Origin: an uncultured bacterium
GTDB taxonomy: Bacteria; Oederibacteriota; Oederibacteriia; Oederibacteriales; Oederibacteriaceae
Reading direction: 5' to 3'
Length of the DNA: 64,000 bases
NCBI GenBank assembly: GCA_965112635.1
Contig: OZ218778.1
Coordinates: 864,001-928,000 of the forward strand
Shown here piece by piece: positions 60,108-64,000 of this stretch. The notes beneath the pieces are model-generated. The model did not search any database. It saw only the letters and a program-made list of their open reading frames with translations, and was not told where the DNA came from. Both the position numbers and the translations under genes were made by a program. The stretch's first letter is position 1, and each line of letters begins with the position of its first letter.

Positions 60108-62582
60108 ATGATAAAAACCCTGAGTTTGGACGGTGCCTGGAAATTACGCTGGAGCGACGGCACGCGGGGCAGGCCTGAATACGCGGAAGGCATAGAAACG
60201 GACGAGCGCAAATACATCAAAGCGCAGGTGCCGGGCGAAGTGCACTGGGACCTGTTCCAGGCCGAATTGATACCCGACCCCTATATCGGGGCCAATTGTC
60301 TGGCGTCACGCTGGGTGGAACAGATGGTATGGAGCTACCGCAAAGAGTTTATTGTTCCCGCAGAAGCCCTAAAATCCAAGGCCTGGCTTCATTTTAACTG
60401 CCTGGATCTGGGAGCCATCATTGTGCTGAACGGGAAAGAAATCGGACGGCATAATAACTTTTTTTATCCCTGCCGCTTGGAGGTCACGGGCAAACTAAAA
60501 GAGGGCAAGAATATTCTGGCTGTGCATGTGGAGAGCGGGGTTTTTGAGGCTACGGACAAACCCAGCAAGGGTTTTTCAGGCCGACCTTTCGAGGACATTT
60601 ACCTGAACAAACGGCAGTGGCTGCGCAAGCCCCAGTTCCAGTTCGCTTGGGACTGGTCGCAGAGGTTCATCAATGTAGGTGTGCAGGGTTCGGTGTGCCT
60701 GGAATGGACAGGGGAGCCGGCCAGGATAGACCAGCTGGTGGCTCTGCCGGAAGTTTCCGAAGATTTACGCACCGGCCGGGTCAAGGTGAGGTTGTTCGTG
60801 GAAGGGCTGACCCCGGAAGCCCAGAAGGCAGAGCTGGAGATCAGCCTGGGTTCTCAATTTAAAAAAATTCCGGTGGTAATAAAACCCGGCCTGCATCCCT
60901 GCGAGGCTGAACTCACAGTCAACCGGCCTGATTTATGGTGGCCGACCGGCCACGGCTCCCAGCCGCTCTATGACCTGAAGGTTTTATTAAGGGTCAACGG
61001 TAAAGAAGTGGGGACAAGGACCAAGCGCATTGGTTTCCGCAGGGTGGTCATCAACCAGGAGCCGCATCCCAAGATGGGCAGGTATTTTATTATAGAAGTG
61101 AACAACAAAAAAATATTTGCCAAGGGAGGCAATTTTGTCCCCGCTGACATGATCCTGTTCAGGACCGATAAAGCCCGCTACCAAAAACTGGTGGACTTGG
61201 CCCTGGAGGCCAACTTCAACATGCTGCGCGTCTGGGGCGGAGGGCTTTATGAGCACGATGATTTTTACGACTACTGTGATAAAAAGGGCGTGCTGGTCTG
61301 GCAGGAGTTTATTTTTGCCTGCGGCCGGTTCCCGGGCACGGACGAAGAGTTCCACCGCAGCGTCAAGGCTGAGGCGGTCTACCAGATCCGGCGCTTGGCT
61401 TCGCACCCCAGCCTGGTGGTCTGGTGCGGGAACAACGAGAACGAAGGCATCCACTGGAACGTGGAGCAGGGCGTGATCCTGCCCGACTACGGGATATATC
61501 ACCAGACTTTGCCGCGGCTGCTGAGCGAGGAAGACCCGGGACGCTTTTACCAGCCGAGCTCTCCTTATTCACCGGACCATCAGGATCCGGGGCGGGATGA
61601 CATCGGCGACCAGCATCCCTGGTCCGTGGGATTTAATAACACGGATTTCAGGGACTACCGCAAGATGATCTGCCGGTTCCCCAACGAGGGCGGCATCCTG
61701 GGTCCCACGGCTTTGCCCACGATGAAAGCCTGTCTGGAGGGCGGGCCCAATGAGATCGGCTCGTTCAACTGGCAGGTGCACGAAAACTCCGTGGACAGCT
61801 GGGGAGCGCCGAGCTGGGTGGATGCCATCACCACCCAGTGGCTGGGCAAGGATATCCGCAAGATGAGCGTGGAGGAATACACCTACTGGGGCGGGCTGGT
61901 CCAGGGTGAGGGTTTAAGGGAGTATTGCGACAATTTCCGGCGACGCATGTTCGATACCAGTTCAGCCATATTCTGGATGTACAACGACTGCTGGCCGGCC
62001 ACCCGCAGTTGGACCATCGTGGACTATTATCTGAGGCGCACGCCCTGCTTTATGCCGGTCAAGAGGGCCATGGCTCCGATCAGCGTGGTCGTGGCCCAGG
62101 AGGATGACGGGAATATCGGCGTTTACGGTATCAATGAAACTGGCCAGGCGATCAAGGCCACCCTGCGTTACGGGATATTCAATTTATCCGGAGGTTATCC
62201 GCTGGACCGGCAGCAGGCAGTAAGCTTGGCTCCCAATGCCTCCACCCGGCTGGCCGGGTTTAAAATGTCAGAATGGAAGGATGTGCGCTCGTCCGCGGGA
62301 TTTGCCCTGCTCCAGGGGCCACAGGGGCTGATCAGCCGCAACCGTTTGTTCCTTCCGTTCTACAAAGATTTAAAATGGCCAGCGGCCAAGGTCAGGGTAA
62401 AAATGGAAAAAGGGACCGCTGTGTTTGAGAGCAAAACATTTGCTTGGGGCATCTGCCTGGACCTGGAGGGCGAAGAAAAAATTCCGGATAATTTCTTTGA
62501 TGTCTATCCCGGGATACCTTATCGGTTACCTTGGACAGGCAAAAAACCGCCTCGGATACTGCATATCGGGAATCTGAGATAG
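60108..62582 (+). CDS. glycoside hydrolase family 2 (beta-mannosidase)
   Basis: RKPQFQFAWDW, KGGNFVP, RVWGGG, WQEFIFAC, WCGNNE, WMYNDCWP. Confidence 0.9.
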   Translation: MIKTLSLDGAWKLRWSDGTRGRPEYAEGIETDERKYIKAQVPGEVHWDLFQAELIPDPYIGANCLASRWVEQMVWSYRKEFIVPAEALKSKAWLHFNCLDLGAIIVLNGKEIGRHNNFFYPCRLEVTGKLKEGKNILAVHVESGVFEATDKPSKGFSGRPFEDIYLNKRQWLRKPQFQFAWDWSQRFINVGVQGSVCLEWTGEPARIDQLVALPEVSEDLRTGRVKVRLFVEGLTPEAQKAELEISLGSQFKKIPVVIKPGLHPCEAELTVNRPDLWWPTGHGSQPLYDLKVLLRVNGKEVGTRTKRIGFRRVVINQEPHPKMGRYFIIEVNNKKIFAKGGNFVPADMILFRTDKARYQKLVDLALEANFNMLRVWGGGLYEHDDFYDYCDKKGVLVWQEFIFACGRFPGTDEEFHRSVKAEAVYQIRRLASHPSLVVWCGNNENEGIHWNVEQGVILPDYGIYHQTLPRLLSEEDPGRFYQPSSPYSPDHQDPGRDDIGDQHPWSVGFNNTDFRDYRKMICRFPNEGGILGPTALPTMKACLEGGPNEIGSFNWQVHENSVDSWGAPSWVDAITTQWLGKDIRKMSVEEYTYWGGLVQGEGLREYCDNFRRRMFDTSSAIFWMYNDCWPATRSWTIVDYYLRRTPCFMPVKRAMAPISVVVAQEDDGNIGVYGINETGQAIKATLRYGIFNLSGGYPLDRQQAVSLAPNASTRLAGFKMSEWKDVRSSAGFALLQGPQGLISRNRLFLPFYKDLKWPAAKVRVKMEKGTAVFESKTFAWGICLDLEGEEKIPDNFFDVYPGIPYRLPWTGKKPPRILHIGNLR

Positions 62583-62599
62583 TTCAGAGAACACGGGAT

Positions 62600-63286
62600 A
62601 TGCCTGTGAAAATAAAAACCCTCCAGCAAGCCGCGGAATTTTTGGATGAGGCGGGCATTGCTTTTTTGTTCCCGCAAAAGCGGGCGCCTCTACCCTCACT
62701 TTTTGAGGCCGTGACGGGCTGGAAGGACAAACCCAGCTGGGACAACTGGGACGCGTCCTGGGATAGGGTGTGGGAATGGAAAGACGAGCTTCCGGAAAAA
62801 CATTATGCCTGGTACGGCCATTTTTTCCTGGGCAAACCCACCCTGATTTCCAGGTGTTTATTGCCCTGGGTCATGGCCCTGAGAAAAAATAAGGATGTGG
62901 AAGAGGCTTACCAGAACGGAGAACTCAGCCAGGACAGCCTTAGCGCGGCCAAGAAATTGGAAGAGCTGGGCGAGGTCCCGACCCGGTTCCTGAGGGAGTC
63001 CTTGGGCTGGGTGGGACGCCAGGGGAACAACCGTTTCCACAGGGCATTGCTCATGCTGGAAAAGGGGCTCTGGGTCACCAAAACCGGGGTCCAGCCGCAG
63101 CCCAACGGCTGGGACGTGGAGGTCGTTGAGCTGACGGCCAGGCATTTTCCCGTGGAAACGGCCAAAATCAAGCGCTTTTCACCAGAAAAGGCTTGGAAAA
63201 ATTTACAACAATACCTTAGAATCGATGCAAAAGCCCTGCGGCGCCTTATAAGGCCTTTGCCGGGATTTGGAGGAGAGCAACCTTGA
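62600..63286 (+). CDS. hypothetical protein, AlkZ-related winged-helix-like
   Basis: WEWKDELP, YGHFF.GKPTLIS pattern; family assignment from memory only. Confidence 0.5.
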   Translation: MPVKIKTLQQAAEFLDEAGIAFLFPQKRAPLPSLFEAVTGWKDKPSWDNWDASWDRVWEWKDELPEKHYAWYGHFFLGKPTLISRCLLPWVMALRKNKDVEEAYQNGELSQDSLSAAKKLEELGEVPTRFLRESLGWVGRQGNNRFHRALLMLEKGLWVTKTGVQPQPNGWDVEVVELTARHFPVETAKIKRFSPEKAWKNLQQYLRIDAKALRRLIRPLPGFGGEQP

Positions 63287-64000
63287 CCGGTTTCAGCTAC
63301 GAGGAATATTACCAGTTAAAAGAGCAGCCTTTTTCCAACGCGGCGGACAGCCGTTTCTTTTACGACAGCGACCAGCATTCCGAGGCCATCGTCAGGATCC
63401 TTCACGGCATCAAGACCATGAAGGGGCTGGTGGTGATGGTGGGGCAAATGGGCGCCGGCAAGTCCCTGCTGGCGTCAAAACTTTTGGACCACCTGGACCC
63501 GGCTGAATACGAGGTCGCCCTGATGGTGGTCGTCCACCACGAGATCACCGCCGAATGGCTCCTGGGCAAGATCGCGACGGAACTGGGGGTCGAGGACCCG
63601 GCGCCGACCAAGAGCGCTATCCTGACCCAGCTGTATAACCGGCTCATGGAGATCTACGAGCAGGGCAAAAAGGCCGTGGTCATCATGGACGAGGCCAACA
63701 TGCTCAAGACCAGGGAGATCTTCGAGGAGTTCCGGGGGCTGCTCAACCTGGAGGTCCCCGGCAAAAAGCTCATCTGCGTGGTCATGGTCGGCCTGCCCGA
63801 CCTGGAGGAAGGCCTGGCCCTGGACCCGCCGCTCAAGCAGAGGATCGCCATCAAGTTCACCCTGAAATACCTGGACCTCAAATCCACGGAGAACTACATC
63901 AAGCACCGCCTGGCCGTGGCCGGGTGCAGCCGCGACCTTTTTGTCCCGGAGGCCTACCCGCTGATCTTCCAGTTCACCAAGGGGGTCCCCCGGCTGATCA
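63283..64000 (+). CDS. ExeA/GspA-family AAA ATPase (partial, runs off window; not in ORF track)
   Basis: GGAGG SD, TTG start; YYQLKEQPFS, Walker A GQMGAGKS, Walker B VIMDEA, MVGLPDL, LKQRI, TKGVPRLI. Confidence 0.9.
   Translation, partial: MTGFSYEEYYQLKEQPFSNAADSRFFYDSDQHSEAIVRILHGIKTMKGLVVMVGQMGAGKSLLASKLLDHLDPAEYEVALMVVVHHEITAEWLLGKIATELGVEDPAPTKSAILTQLYNRLMEIYEQGKKAVVIMDEANMLKTREIFEEFRGLLNLEVPGKKLICVVMVGLPDLEEGLALDPPLKQRIAIKFTLKYLDLKSTENYIKHRLAVAGCSRDLFVPEAYPLIFQFTKGVPRLI

Overview
Bacterial genomic window, probably from a diderm organism. The outer-membrane beta-barrels and the Thr-rich linker plus C-terminal sorting-like domain suggest a poorly studied candidate phylum (inference only). 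Four blocks are visible. (1) 1-12.2 kb: a phosphate-starvation island with phoR-phoB, a glycolipid (MGDG/UgtP-type) synthase, a phospholipase C-type phosphoesterase, an operon ppx + two thymidylate-kinase-like genes + a basic orphan, a class A acid phosphatase and a DUF2254-like protein. Several of its promoters carry 11-bp periodic Pho-box-like repeats. (2) 12.8-27.7 kb: core genes tRNA-Thr, tuf, rpmG, tRNA-Trp, secE, nusG, rplK, rplA, L10 leader, rplJ and rplL, followed by an orphan instead of rpoBC, then ftsB, an S1-domain gene, DUF151 and a full F0F1 atp operon. (3) 27.7-42.9 kb: envelope/secreted proteins and repair genes, a 47-aa domain present in three exact-length copies, an unexplained ~170-nt structured RNA with a tRNA-like T-arm, and a frameshifted BNR-repeat secreted protein. 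(4) 43-64 kb: a mosaic cluster of cytoplasmic glycosidases (GH63-like, three GH2, GH78, GH4) with a direct-repeat-flanked GH4 cassette, an IS200-family element, a Fic gene with twin palindromic operators, ribokinase, ADP-ribosylglycohydrolase and a truncated ExeA-type ATPase. All calls are from reading motifs by eye; no database searches or folding programs were run.
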